From positions 32,001 through 96,000 of the IMG/VR virus record IMGVR_UViG_3300025600_000001: a stretch of 64,000 nt of DNA, one strand, 5' to 3'. Origin of the DNA: a virus. The notes under the pieces were generated by a model. That model worked only from the letters and a program-made list of their open reading frames with translations, did no database searches and was not told where the DNA came from. How positions within the stretch are numbered: the stretch's first letter is position 1; the number at the start of each line of letters is the position of its first letter. Positions 38,430 to 46,917 of the stretch are shown piece after piece. The position numbers and the translations under genes are program-made.

Positions 38430-38687
38430 TTACTTTAATATATTCATTTCTGGTTTTTTCATAGCTGATGGTTCAACTTCTGTAACAGTTCCCTGTTCTA
38501 CAGCTTTTGCCATCATACCCTCAATAGTTCTATTAGCTCTATCGAGCATCATTATTCTTTCAGCTTCGGGAGTTTGAAGTACAGCTCTGATAGCATTAAG
38601 AATTGTTCCAAACTCATTTCCAGATAATTCAAATTTATCTTCTGGTTGCCAAGTATAAAACTTAGAAGGATCATAAGTATTACTCAT
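38430..38687 (-). CDS. Conserved phage hypothetical protein
   Basis: 85 aa; YDPSKFYTWQPEDKFELSGNEFG. Confidence 0.7.
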   Translation of the reverse strand: MSNTYDPSKFYTWQPEDKFELSGNEFGTILNAIRAVLQTPEAERIMMLDRANRTIEGMMAKAVEQGTVTEVEPSAMKKPEMNILK

Positions 38688-38697
38688 ATTTTTATAT

Positions 38698-39471
38698 TTA
38701 AATTGTTATTACTGTCACTGTGTTATTATCCATTAAATATTGAATATCTCCATCTGGTAAACCACCATTGATAGTCATCAATGCAATGGGAACTGTTAAT
38801 TGAATATTGTTTCCACTTATACCAAAGAATACACCATCGTCACCTGTTGAAGATCCTAAATCTGTACAACTATCAAGATATACAGAAGTCATACTTGTAC
38901 AATTAGCAAATGCACTAGGACCTATATCAGTTACTAGAGGAAGATTAATAGTATCAAGAAGAACACATCCTGATGCAAAATTAGATGGTATAGATGTTGC
39001 TCCAAATAAAGTTAGATTATTTAAATTAGTATTATTTTGAAGAGCAGTACTTTGTCCTGATTCAATTGCAAATGAGGTATCCACAATTCTCAACAAATCT
39101 GTTAGAAAACTAGAAAATATTTCTGTTCTTATATAAATGTGTGATCCACCAAATAAATGTACAATGTTATTAATAATATCAAAATTTATAGAAGTGAAAG
39201 GATTTCCATTAGCAGGAAGATCAAAGAAAGTATTCCAATCACTAACATTTGAACCTACATCTACAATTGGATCTGCTGTAGGTATAAAATATATATCAAC
39301 TGATAAAGGAATAGCAGTAGTAGTAGATGTAGAACTAAATTCACAACATAGATCCGTAGAGATTTCTTTCCATATTCCTATTTTAGGTCTAAAATTTGCA
39401 AGAATTAAACTTCCTCCTACAATCTTATTATTAGCATATCTGACAAATGCTTTTAATTTATTCTTTTCCAT
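38698..39471 (-). CDS. BspA-like leucine-rich repeat protein with shared N-terminal module
   Basis: TSIPSNFASGC...LPLVTDIGPSAFANCTSMTSVYL repeats; N-terminal LKAFVRY...CC module and STSTTT linker. Confidence 0.75.
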   Translation of the reverse strand: MEKNKLKAFVRYANNKIVGGSLILANFRPKIGIWKEISTDLCCEFSSTSTTTAIPLSVDIYFIPTADPIVDVGSNVSDWNTFFDLPANGNPFTSINFDIINNIVHLFGGSHIYIRTEIFSSFLTDLLRIVDTSFAIESGQSTALQNNTNLNNLTLFGATSIPSNFASGCVLLDTINLPLVTDIGPSAFANCTSMTSVYLDSCTDLGSSTGDDGVFFGISGNNIQLTVPIALMTINGGLPDGDIQYLMDNNTVTVITI

Positions 39472-39478
39472 AGTTCAT

Positions 39479-39763
39479 TTAATCTAAACTAATATTAAAT
39501 GTGATAGTCGATGTATGTTTAATACTTTTTCCTAAATCTAAATGTATCGAAAACATGTTATGAAACTTCAAAATCTCTTGTAATAACATATTGGTATATA
39601 CAGGAAGACTAGGAGCCAATCGAAATTTATAAGCTTCAGGAACTTTTGTTATTTCAAGACTTGCATATTCATCGACAGAAGAAATAATCCCTTCAAGTTG
39701 AGCCAGATAATTTAATTCATTATCTAACATGATCTCAGGAAAGAATCTCTTATGTATTTGCAT
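39479..39763 (-). CDS. Hypothetical protein
   Basis: 94 aa, tightly coupled to neighbours. Confidence 0.65.
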   Translation of the reverse strand: MQIHKRFFPEIMLDNELNYLAQLEGIISSVDEYASLEITKVPEAYKFRLAPSLPVYTNMLLQEILKFHNMFSIHLDLGKSIKHTSTITFNISLD

Positions 39764-40176
39764 TAGGATTGTGTTAACAAATACAAAGTTTTTGCTGCTT
39801 TGCCACTAAGATCTTGGGCTAAATTCTCAATATTAGAATATCCTTTAGAACTAGCATAGTTTTCTAATTGACTTGCAAAATTCTTTAATTCTATAAGAAC
39901 TTTTTCAGGAGCACCTGGAATATAATCAATAATTGGTTCAAACTTATAGACTTTTACCTTTCTTCCTTCATACCCCATTAGTTCTTCTAAAAATGTATCT
40001 TTTGCATTTACTACATCATCCCAAACATTTAATGCAGAGTGTTCAGCATGAGAAGGAGTCTGTAAATGCAGTAGGTGTATCTGCTCAAAAAAATATGAAA
40101 ATCTTTGAGCAATTGTTTCTAAAGATAACTCTCCCCCTGAGGAGGAGAGCATATTTTGAGGAAATAATGATTTCAT
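39763..40176 (-). CDS. Ferritin/Dps-like four-helix protein (DUF5856-like)
   Basis: HLLHLQT...AEHSAL...DTFLEELMG...KTLYLLT. Confidence 0.75.
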   Translation of the reverse strand: MKSLFPQNMLSSSGGELSLETIAQRFSYFFEQIHLLHLQTPSHAEHSALNVWDDVVNAKDTFLEELMGYEGRKVKVYKFEPIIDYIPGAPEKVLIELKNFASQLENYASSKGYSNIENLAQDLSGKAAKTLYLLTQS

Positions 40177-41060
40177 TATCCTAAATTTGTAGTTGTTGTC
40201 GTTGTTGTACTACTTGTACTGGTACTAGTAGAACTAGTAGACGAACTAGTTGTTGATGTAGAGGTAGTAGTAGGACAAGGATTAACTGTACAAGTTGCAC
40301 CAGTGATATTATTACCATCAAGAGTTACAGCAGCAGTTAATGCAAATGCTCTACCTACTAATTTAGCAGAAGTAGTCATTGTTACAGATGCCTGTGCAAT
40401 AATATTACCAACCATATTTGAGAAAGTACCAAGTGTAGCAGAGGATCCTACTATCCAATATACATTTCCTGCTTTAGTACCATTAGTTAATGATACATTA
40501 GATGATGAAGCTGTAACTAATGTTGAAGGAACTATAAATACAAATAATGCATTTGGATTACCTCCGCCATTTAATGTAAGAGTTCCTGTAATAGCAGCAG
40601 AACTTCCAAAGGTATATACACCTGGTATAACGGTAGTACCACCGATATCTGTACTTAGTGTAGAAGTAGGAGTTAATGCTCCTAAACAGTCAAAAGCAGT
40701 TTGTGCACTTACTTTTCCAGCAGCAGCAACTCCATCAGTTATAAACTTTGTTCCATTTACAATTCCTGGTGGAAAACCTACCACTGATGTTCCTGGGGAT
40801 AAACCAAGATCACCATTTACTACTGATGATCCTGTATTTGTAACAGTAGAAGCACCTAACACTACAAAGTGTGCAGCATCTCCTAATGTGGTACAAGTAA
40901 TAGGACCAGGTAAAAAATTACAACATTGATATGCAGGGATTTCCTGCCATTTTCCTACTCTGGGCATCTTTCTCCTAAGGATTAAAGATCCCGCTACAAC
41001 TCTCCCAGATCCATCGTATCTAACATAGGCATTGAGCGGACGTTGACTAATAGTTCCCAT
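40176..41060 (-). CDS. Ice-binding-like protein (DUF3494) with shared N-terminal module and Thr/Ser tail
   Basis: FVVLGASTVTNTGSSVVNGDLGLSPG, PGVY, GTLTL, NVYWIVGSSATLG, GRAFA...AVTLD. Confidence 0.9.
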   Translation of the reverse strand: MGTISQRPLNAYVRYDGSGRVVAGSLILRRKMPRVGKWQEIPAYQCCNFLPGPITCTTLGDAAHFVVLGASTVTNTGSSVVNGDLGLSPGTSVVGFPPGIVNGTKFITDGVAAAGKVSAQTAFDCLGALTPTSTLSTDIGGTTVIPGVYTFGSSAAITGTLTLNGGGNPNALFVFIVPSTLVTASSSNVSLTNGTKAGNVYWIVGSSATLGTFSNMVGNIIAQASVTMTTSAKLVGRAFALTAAVTLDGNNITGATCTVNPCPTTTSTSTTSSSTSSTSTSTSSTTTTTTTNLG

Positions 41061-41089
41061 AATTTTATTTTTTAATTTAAAAATTTATA

Positions 41090-41097
41090 CAAATATA
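41090..41097 (-). promoter_or_regulatory. Bacteroidota-type -7 promoter element
   Basis: CAAATATA, which is TATATTTG on the minus strand, about 30 nt upstream of the DUF3494 gene. Confidence 0.6.
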
Positions 41098-41136
41098 TAA
41101 AATATTTATCTAATAATAATTAATTTATTTTAGTAT

Positions 41137-41502
41137 CTATTGATTTGTTTTTATTTCTGATGATTCTGATTTTGATATAGTTGAAGAAGATGTTCCTCCT
41201 GATTTCATTTCAGCAAATTTCTGTAAAAATTTTGGAACAAAAGCAGCAATTAAGAGTATTGCTACAATATCCCAATCAAATAATTTTTGACCTGTTATAA
41301 GAACATTAAAACTTTGCTCTGAAATAAAATTCTGGGCTCGCATTTGAATGAATTTTAAAAAATGAAACTCATAAGAAATACCTGCAAATATCATATATAT
41401 AAAAAAAATAAGTAATGCAATAGCAGAAGCTTCTCGCATATAACTTGATGCAATTTTACCTGATGGTAATTCTTCCTGAAATATTCCTATTTGCGATTTC
41501 AT
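41137..41502 (-). CDS. Two-TM membrane protein, possible holin
   Basis: Two hydrophobic helices; SSYMR and PKFLQKFAE motifs. Confidence 0.55.
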   Translation of the reverse strand: MKSQIGIFQEELPSGKIASSYMREASAIALLIFFIYMIFAGISYEFHFLKFIQMRAQNFISEQSFNVLITGQKLFDWDIVAILLIAAFVPKFLQKFAEMKSGGTSSSTISKSESSEIKTNQ

Positions 41503-41504
41503 TA

Positions 41505-42521
41505 TTAATATTCTAATTTATATTTATCTTTTACTTTCTTTAATTCATTTGTATAATACCATGTACAATGTTTCTTGCTTTCTTCACTCTTCAATACGTC
41601 ATAAATATGCTGATCTTTGAAAGGATCATTACCATTAATGTATTTACCTTTATAGAAACATGGATAACCATCTTGGATTGGTCCAGAGATACCAGCATTG
41701 TGATAGATTGTACATCGTTTTAATTTATTGATATCATCAGGAGCCCAACTAAATTCTAATTCATCTACTATTTTAGTTTCATATCCTGTTCTCCAAAGTT
41801 CCCATAACACTAACCACATATCACTTGTCCATTTTTGATATCCTTTATTTTCATTCTCAAAGAATTGCTTATTTATTTTTCCTAAGTACTTTAACAAAGG
41901 AATACATTTATCAAATACATTTTGCCAAAATTCTTTATTTGTATTTTTTAATAAATATTGGGTTCCTATAGAGTGTAAATTATTCTTCTCACATATCTGT
42001 CTGCTTATTCCTACAATTTTCGCTGATTCTTCTAATACATCAATTGTTCTATATTCTTCTAATTTATTAGGAAGCACATCGTTAATTTTACTATCAAAAT
42101 ATGAAGCATTTATATAACTATTAGTATCTGAACCATAAATAATATCATCTTCTAATAAATGGTCAATATTAAAATTCTCTAAAAATAAAATATCACTATC
42201 ACAATAAAACACTGCTTTATTTGCTATCTCAGGGAACTGCTTACAATATTTAATCATACAATAAGGACGAAGAATAGGAATATATGTTGATAGTAAAGGA
42301 TCAACAGTTCCATCATCCTTATAAAAATGAAATTCTGCTTCAGGATATAAATCTATTATCTGCTTCCATTTAGGATTTGTTCTTCCAAGAGGTTCGAATA
42401 ATAATACTATAGCTTTATCTGAATGTCCAATATTTTTTAAACTTTCTAACCAAGAATGTACTTGCCATGTGAAGTAATTATCTATCGGGCAAATTGTCAA
42501 GAACTTCAACTCTCTTCTCAT
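41505..42521 (-). CDS. Putative GT-A protein O-glycosyltransferase
   Basis: YFTWQV, YIPILRPY, FYCDSDILF (DxD), WTSDMW, IYHNAG; by eye resembles plant HPAT/SGT1-type peptidyl O-glycosyltransferases. Confidence 0.6.
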   Translation of the reverse strand: MRRELKFLTICPIDNYFTWQVHSWLESLKNIGHSDKAIVLLFEPLGRTNPKWKQIIDLYPEAEFHFYKDDGTVDPLLSTYIPILRPYCMIKYCKQFPEIANKAVFYCDSDILFLENFNIDHLLEDDIIYGSDTNSYINASYFDSKINDVLPNKLEEYRTIDVLEESAKIVGISRQICEKNNLHSIGTQYLLKNTNKEFWQNVFDKCIPLLKYLGKINKQFFENENKGYQKWTSDMWLVLWELWRTGYETKIVDELEFSWAPDDINKLKRCTIYHNAGISGPIQDGYPCFYKGKYINGNDPFKDQHIYDVLKSEESKKHCTWYYTNELKKVKDKYKLEY

Positions 42522-42542
42522 ATATGTAGTTTATAAAATATA

Positions 42543-42692
42543 CTATGGAATTGTTGTAGTGGTAGTAGTGGTAGGATTAGTGTTGGTAGTTATTTTACCA
42601 AGTAATCCTTTTATTTGTTCTAACTCTTTTGCAATATACCACAACATTTGTGATTGTGGATCTTGACCGATTGGGCGGGATGGAATAGCCAT
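42543..42692 (-). CDS. Microprotein with poly-Thr tail (49 aa, not in ORF track)
   Basis: MAIPSRPIGQDPQSQMLWYIAKELEQIKGLLGKITTNTNPTTTTTTTIP. Confidence 0.75.
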   Translation of the reverse strand: MAIPSRPIGQDPQSQMLWYIAKELEQIKGLLGKITTNTNPTTTTTTTIP

Positions 42693-42720
42693 GATAATTA
42701 AGATTTTATGTGTTTATAAA

Positions 42721-43191
42721 CTAAATATAATTTGAGTATGTAGTATTACCATTAACTTTATTTGATACTAAAATATTCTTTCTATTTTTTCCTTTATTAT
42801 AGGATACATGAACCCATGAGGGATAATCATTGTCATCTGGGAATTCCGATATAATTTGATCAAATTCCATGTTGTTCCTAATATAATCAAATATTTCTTT
42901 GTTATTTGGATTACTTTCATTATCAATATCCATAGCAGATCCGTTGTTTGCCATATGTTGACTATTAGTAGCTCCTCCTACTGCAACATTGAGTTCTGCA
43001 CTACGAAAGAATGAACAAAGTTTTATAGGAGTTCCGAAATGTGCTCTTAAAGGTTCAAATACATTTTGAGCAAGTTCTTTCATATGTATTAATTGAAATT
43101 CATTAGGAACATTTTTTATCCCTAATCTTGTACCCGTGGCACTTATAGTACCTTCTCTAAAGCTGATATGTTCGCTAATATTTGGTTCCAT
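42721..43191 (-). CDS. Peptidase M15A endolysin
   Basis: SFFRSAELN...VGGATNSQH...AMDID...WVHVSY. Confidence 0.9.
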   Translation of the reverse strand: MEPNISEHISFREGTISATGTRLGIKNVPNEFQLIHMKELAQNVFEPLRAHFGTPIKLCSFFRSAELNVAVGGATNSQHMANNGSAMDIDNESNPNNKEIFDYIRNNMEFDQIISEFPDDNDYPSWVHVSYNKGKNRKNILVSNKVNGNTTYSNYI

Positions 43192-43820
43192 TATTTACGT
43201 CTTAAATTTATTTTCCAATAGGATTGGATTCCTAGGTTAAAGTTAATGTTTTTATCAATACCGCCGTATATTCCATAAATCTGATCTCTCTTATTTTTTA
43301 AGAGGAATCCAACATCAATTTGATTTATAGGATTGAGTTTATTACCTTCTAAACTTCCTCCTATATATATCTGATTTCTTAATGTAGGAGGTAAGGTAAT
43401 AGTGTTGGTAATAATAGGATATTTTAAATCATAACTAAACTTTCTACCAGTAATCAGATTCTTAGTAACTGTATCTGTAATAAATACAAAACCTATACTA
43501 TCTATCTTTATTTTATTTTGCTGAATATTTTTTACAAGATATAGTGATAGAAGATTTTGGTATTGAATAAGAAGTTTGTGGTAGTTCGTATCGGGAAGAT
43601 ACTGAATCTCTTTAGTAAGTCTATCTACAGGATAAGGAATACTGTTTATTAATGAAGGTATACTATTACCTGTTGACGTGTGTTCTGTCCAGATAGTATC
43701 TCTAACTATCGTCGGAGCAATTGGAGCATCTTTTTTTTGACTACATCTGTCAATGAGCAGTAACCCTACTAATATGACGACTAGTAGAGTCAGAAAATTG
43801 GTTTTTAGAAAAGTAATCAT
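43191..43820 (-). CDS. Membrane-anchored lysis-module protein (spanin-like)
   Basis: N-terminal TM followed by RC, VRDTIW, and a beta-rich C-terminus; abuts the endolysin. Confidence 0.6.
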   Translation of the reverse strand: MITFLKTNFLTLLVVILVGLLLIDRCSQKKDAPIAPTIVRDTIWTEHTSTGNSIPSLINSIPYPVDRLTKEIQYLPDTNYHKLLIQYQNLLSLYLVKNIQQNKIKIDSIGFVFITDTVTKNLITGRKFSYDLKYPIITNTITLPPTLRNQIYIGGSLEGNKLNPINQIDVGFLLKNKRDQIYGIYGGIDKNINFNLGIQSYWKINLRRK

Positions 43821-43868
43821 TTGTAGTTGTTTTAAATATTTTTATACGAAATTTATTTAAATAAGTTA

Positions 43869-44342
43869 TCATTTAAAGATATGAAGTAGCATAAGAGTAA
43901 ATAAAGCACCAACAGCAATCATTAGTAGACTTACTGTAATCATGTATCTGGATGACTTATCTTCTATTGCTCTAATTCTTTCTTCTCTTGGTCCTCTAAT
44001 CTCTGTAACTAATAAATCAAATTCAGTTTTATTTGCTTTACTAATTTCTAACTGTTCAATTTTAGTACTAACACCATTAGATAAACTCTTAATATCATCT
44101 CTAATGAATTGATTTCCAATTTTTAGTTCGATTAACAAATCATGATCATCGGCATTTTTAATACTTAGTACTTTAACTGATACAGCTGCTGCCTCTGCTA
44201 TTACTTTTGATGCTTCTGAGGCTGCTGATGCTATTACATTCTTTGCATCGGTTGCAGCATCCCTAATTTCATCCTTATGCTTTCGTAAAGTATTATAGTC
44301 AGATTCTTGTTTAGTAATAGGTTCTGTTCTTTTCACTACCAT
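43869..44342 (-). CDS. Coiled-coil protein with C-terminal TM (holin/hemolysin-like)
   Basis: Probable start MVVKRTE at 44342; ERIRAIED followed by a hydrophobic C-terminus. Confidence 0.55.
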   Translation of the reverse strand: MVVKRTEPITKQESDYNTLRKHKDEIRDAATDAKNVIASAASEASKVIAEAAAVSVKVLSIKNADDHDLLIELKIGNQFIRDDIKSLSNGVSTKIEQLEISKANKTEFDLLVTEIRGPREERIRAIEDKSSRYMITVSLLMIAVGALFTLMLLHIFK

Positions 44343-44413
44343 AATTAAGAGTTTATAAAAAAACCACATTTCTTTTCTAAAGAATATGTGGTTTTAGATA
44401 TGTAATTTCGCAT

Positions 44414-44461
44414 CAAACTTACAATTATTATTTTATATTACCAACTTATTTATTAATTTTG
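44414..44461. promoter_or_regulatory. Divergent Bacteroidota-type promoter pair
   Basis: TAAGTTTG on the minus strand (44414-44421) and TAATTTTG on the plus strand (44454-44461); hairpin at 44360-44395. Confidence 0.6.
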
Positions 44462-44482
44462 AAGTAATTAAATATAAAATAC

Positions 44483-46594
44483 ATGACAGACTTATTAATT
44501 GAAAAAAAACTTCGTATAATGGTTATACCTAGTCATCTTTCGACAGGGGGAATGCCAGCCTTTTTATTAAAAAGAATCGAAGCATTGTTAACTTATACAG
44601 AATTTGAAATATTTGTTGTAGAATTTAATTGTGTGAGTTTAGACTATGTGGTACAGAGAGATAAAATAAAAAATATAGTACCATATTTTTATATTTTAGG
44701 GGAGAATAAAAATGAACTATTAGATTTAATTAAAAAAAATAATATAGATATTTTACAATTTGATGATCCTATAGAGTATATCCCCAATATGTCTTTTAAA
44801 TTAAGTTGTCAATTATACTCTAATGATAGAACTTGGAGAATATGTGAAACTATACATACTACTAGTTTTAAACTAGAACACAAAAGATTTTTTGCTGATG
44901 CTTATCCTTTAGTCTCTCCTTTTCATTTAGATATATTAAAAACTCTTCCAGGAATAAGAGGAGTAATTAGATATCCAATTGATAAAAAAGAATTTACTGT
45001 TTCTGAAAAATGTGCTGCAAAAAAACTTTTAGATTTTCCTATAGACAAACAATTATTTATAAATATAGGTTTATGGAATAAAAATAAAAATCAAGAGGAA
45101 TTTATAGAAATAGCTAGACGATATCCTGATAAAGAATTTGCAGCAATTGGTAATTTAGCTGAAAATTTTAGTTCTTATTGGGAACCATTAATAAAAGACA
45201 TTCCTTCTAATTTTCATATCATGGGAGAACGAGAAGATGTCTCTACATTTTTATGTGCCGCAGATGGCATGGTATTTACATCTTTGTATGAGTGTATGCC
45301 TTTATGTTTATTTGAGGCTATCGAAGTTCATTTGCCTATTTTAGCTCATAATTTAAAAGAATATGAAGGAGTATTTGATCAGTATATTCAATCTATTGAT
45401 ACAGACTTAAACAACCTTACCTATTCTTATTCTGTTCCTACAGATAATACAATTGAGGATTTTGGTAAAAATTATAAAGCTCTATATGAATATATAGTAA
45501 AAAAAGATATTATTACAAATGATCCTATAAGTAAAATAAATATAAATCAACATTTTGTAGATGGTCCATTTCTTGAAATAAAAGGAGGGAGTGATAGTTT
45601 GTTTACTGTTAGATTTTATGATGAAGAAGATGTTTGCCATTATGAACACACTATTACTTCTAATTGTTGGGTGAAACTAAATAGAAAATACTACACTAAA
45701 TGGACTACTAAAGTATGGCAGGACGGTATTCTTATTTATGAGAATATTCTTAATTATACTGGTAAAAGAGTATATATTGCTTTTGATAGTGAAAGTTTGG
45801 GAGATTCTATTGCTTGGATACATTATGTTCTTGAATTTCAGAAGAAACATAACTGTCATGTAATTGTAAGTACCTTTAAAAACTTTCTATTTGATTATCC
45901 TGAACTAGAATTTGTCAAACCTGGAACAGTAGTAAATAATATTTATGGAATGTATAAGATTGGTTGGTTCTATAATAGTGATATGGAACCTACTTCTCCT
46001 AATACTATTCCTCTTCAACAAACTGCAACAAATATTCTTGGATTAGACTATAAAGAAATTATTCCAAAAATGAAATTTACACCTAAAAAAAGACAGTTTA
46101 AGTATAAATATGTAACAATTGCAACAAATTCAACTATGGCCTGTAAGTTTTTCCCCAAAGAAACATGGCAAGAAATTATAAATTATTTAGTATCTAAAGG
46201 ATATAAAGTAATTAATGTCTCTAAAGAGAAGAATTCTTTTAAAAACTGTTCACAAATAAAAGATGTATCTATAGAGAATACTATACAGGTTATCCATTAT
46301 AGTGAGTTTGTTTTAACTTTAAGTAGTGGATTAGGATGGCTTGCATTTGGAATGAATAAACAAACTGTACTTTTAAGTAACTTTACTGAAGACTGGCACG
46401 AATGGTCAACTAAGTGTATTAGAATTACTAATAAAGAAGTGTGTCATGGATGCTGGAACAAAAAAGATATAATATTCTCTAAAAATGACTGGGAATGGTG
46501 TCCTTATAATAAAGGTACAATAAACCAGTTTATATGTCATTCAGCAATATCTTCAGGAACAATAATAGAAAGAATTCAATCATTAATTATTTAA
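44483..46594 (+). CDS. GT4 glycosyltransferase fused to an Aah/TibC-like (autotransporter O-heptosyltransferase-like) domain
   Basis: N-terminal HLSTGGMP, KNQ, FTSLYECMPLCLFEA; C-terminal SESLGDSIAW, LSSGLGWLA, CHGCWN...WCP...FIC (four-Cys motif). Confidence 0.85.
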   Translation: MTDLLIEKKLRIMVIPSHLSTGGMPAFLLKRIEALLTYTEFEIFVVEFNCVSLDYVVQRDKIKNIVPYFYILGENKNELLDLIKKNNIDILQFDDPIEYIPNMSFKLSCQLYSNDRTWRICETIHTTSFKLEHKRFFADAYPLVSPFHLDILKTLPGIRGVIRYPIDKKEFTVSEKCAAKKLLDFPIDKQLFINIGLWNKNKNQEEFIEIARRYPDKEFAAIGNLAENFSSYWEPLIKDIPSNFHIMGEREDVSTFLCAADGMVFTSLYECMPLCLFEAIEVHLPILAHNLKEYEGVFDQYIQSIDTDLNNLTYSYSVPTDNTIEDFGKNYKALYEYIVKKDIITNDPISKININQHFVDGPFLEIKGGSDSLFTVRFYDEEDVCHYEHTITSNCWVKLNRKYYTKWTTKVWQDGILIYENILNYTGKRVYIAFDSESLGDSIAWIHYVLEFQKKHNCHVIVSTFKNFLFDYPELEFVKPGTVVNNIYGMYKIGWFYNSDMEPTSPNTIPLQQTATNILGLDYKEIIPKMKFTPKKRQFKYKYVTIATNSTMACKFFPKETWQEIINYLVSKGYKVINVSKEKNSFKNCSQIKDVSIENTIQVIHYSEFVLTLSSGLGWLAFGMNKQTVLLSNFTEDWHEWSTKCIRITNKEVCHGCWNKKDIIFSKNDWEWCPYNKGTINQFICHSAISSGTIIERIQSLII

Positions 46595-46600
46595 ATTAAC

Positions 46601-46630
46601 ATCCCAGGATTAAGAGTCCTGGGATTTTTT
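46601..46630. terminator. Terminator between convergent genes
   Basis: ATCCCAGGA...TCCTGGGAT followed by a T-run. Confidence 0.75.
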
Positions 46631-46667
46631 AGAATTTATGTCCAACTTTCATCATTGAATTATATTC

Positions 46668-46910
46668 TTAACTAATAATTTCTTCTATTATTGGGTTATC
46701 CTCAATTTTTACATCTACCAATTTACTAATTATTCCTACGTCATCCGAAGATTTTGTATTTAATCTCTTAACATTCATTATTTGAGCATTAAATATATTT
46801 CCGCATTTACACTTAAAAATAGCCCTTCTTTCTCCCACATAAGGAGTATCTTTGATATAAGAAACTTGTCCTATTATTTCCCCTTTTTTGTAGATTATTT
46901 TTGATGACAT
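46668..46910 (-). pseudogene. Truncated homing endonuclease N-terminus fused to an unrelated tail
   Basis: AIFKCKCGN...VKRLNTKS breaks off where KSCGC normally follows. Confidence 0.55.
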
Positions 46911-46917
46911 ATATTTA

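Noticed and set aside
37961-38438. Track ORFs 37961..38179 (long form), 38122..38361 and 38229..38438
   Set aside because: Better explained by the tiled minus-strand microproteins with ATG starts.
40303-40929. 208 aa plus-strand ORF
   Set aside because: Antisense shadow of the DUF3494 gene produced by codon bias.
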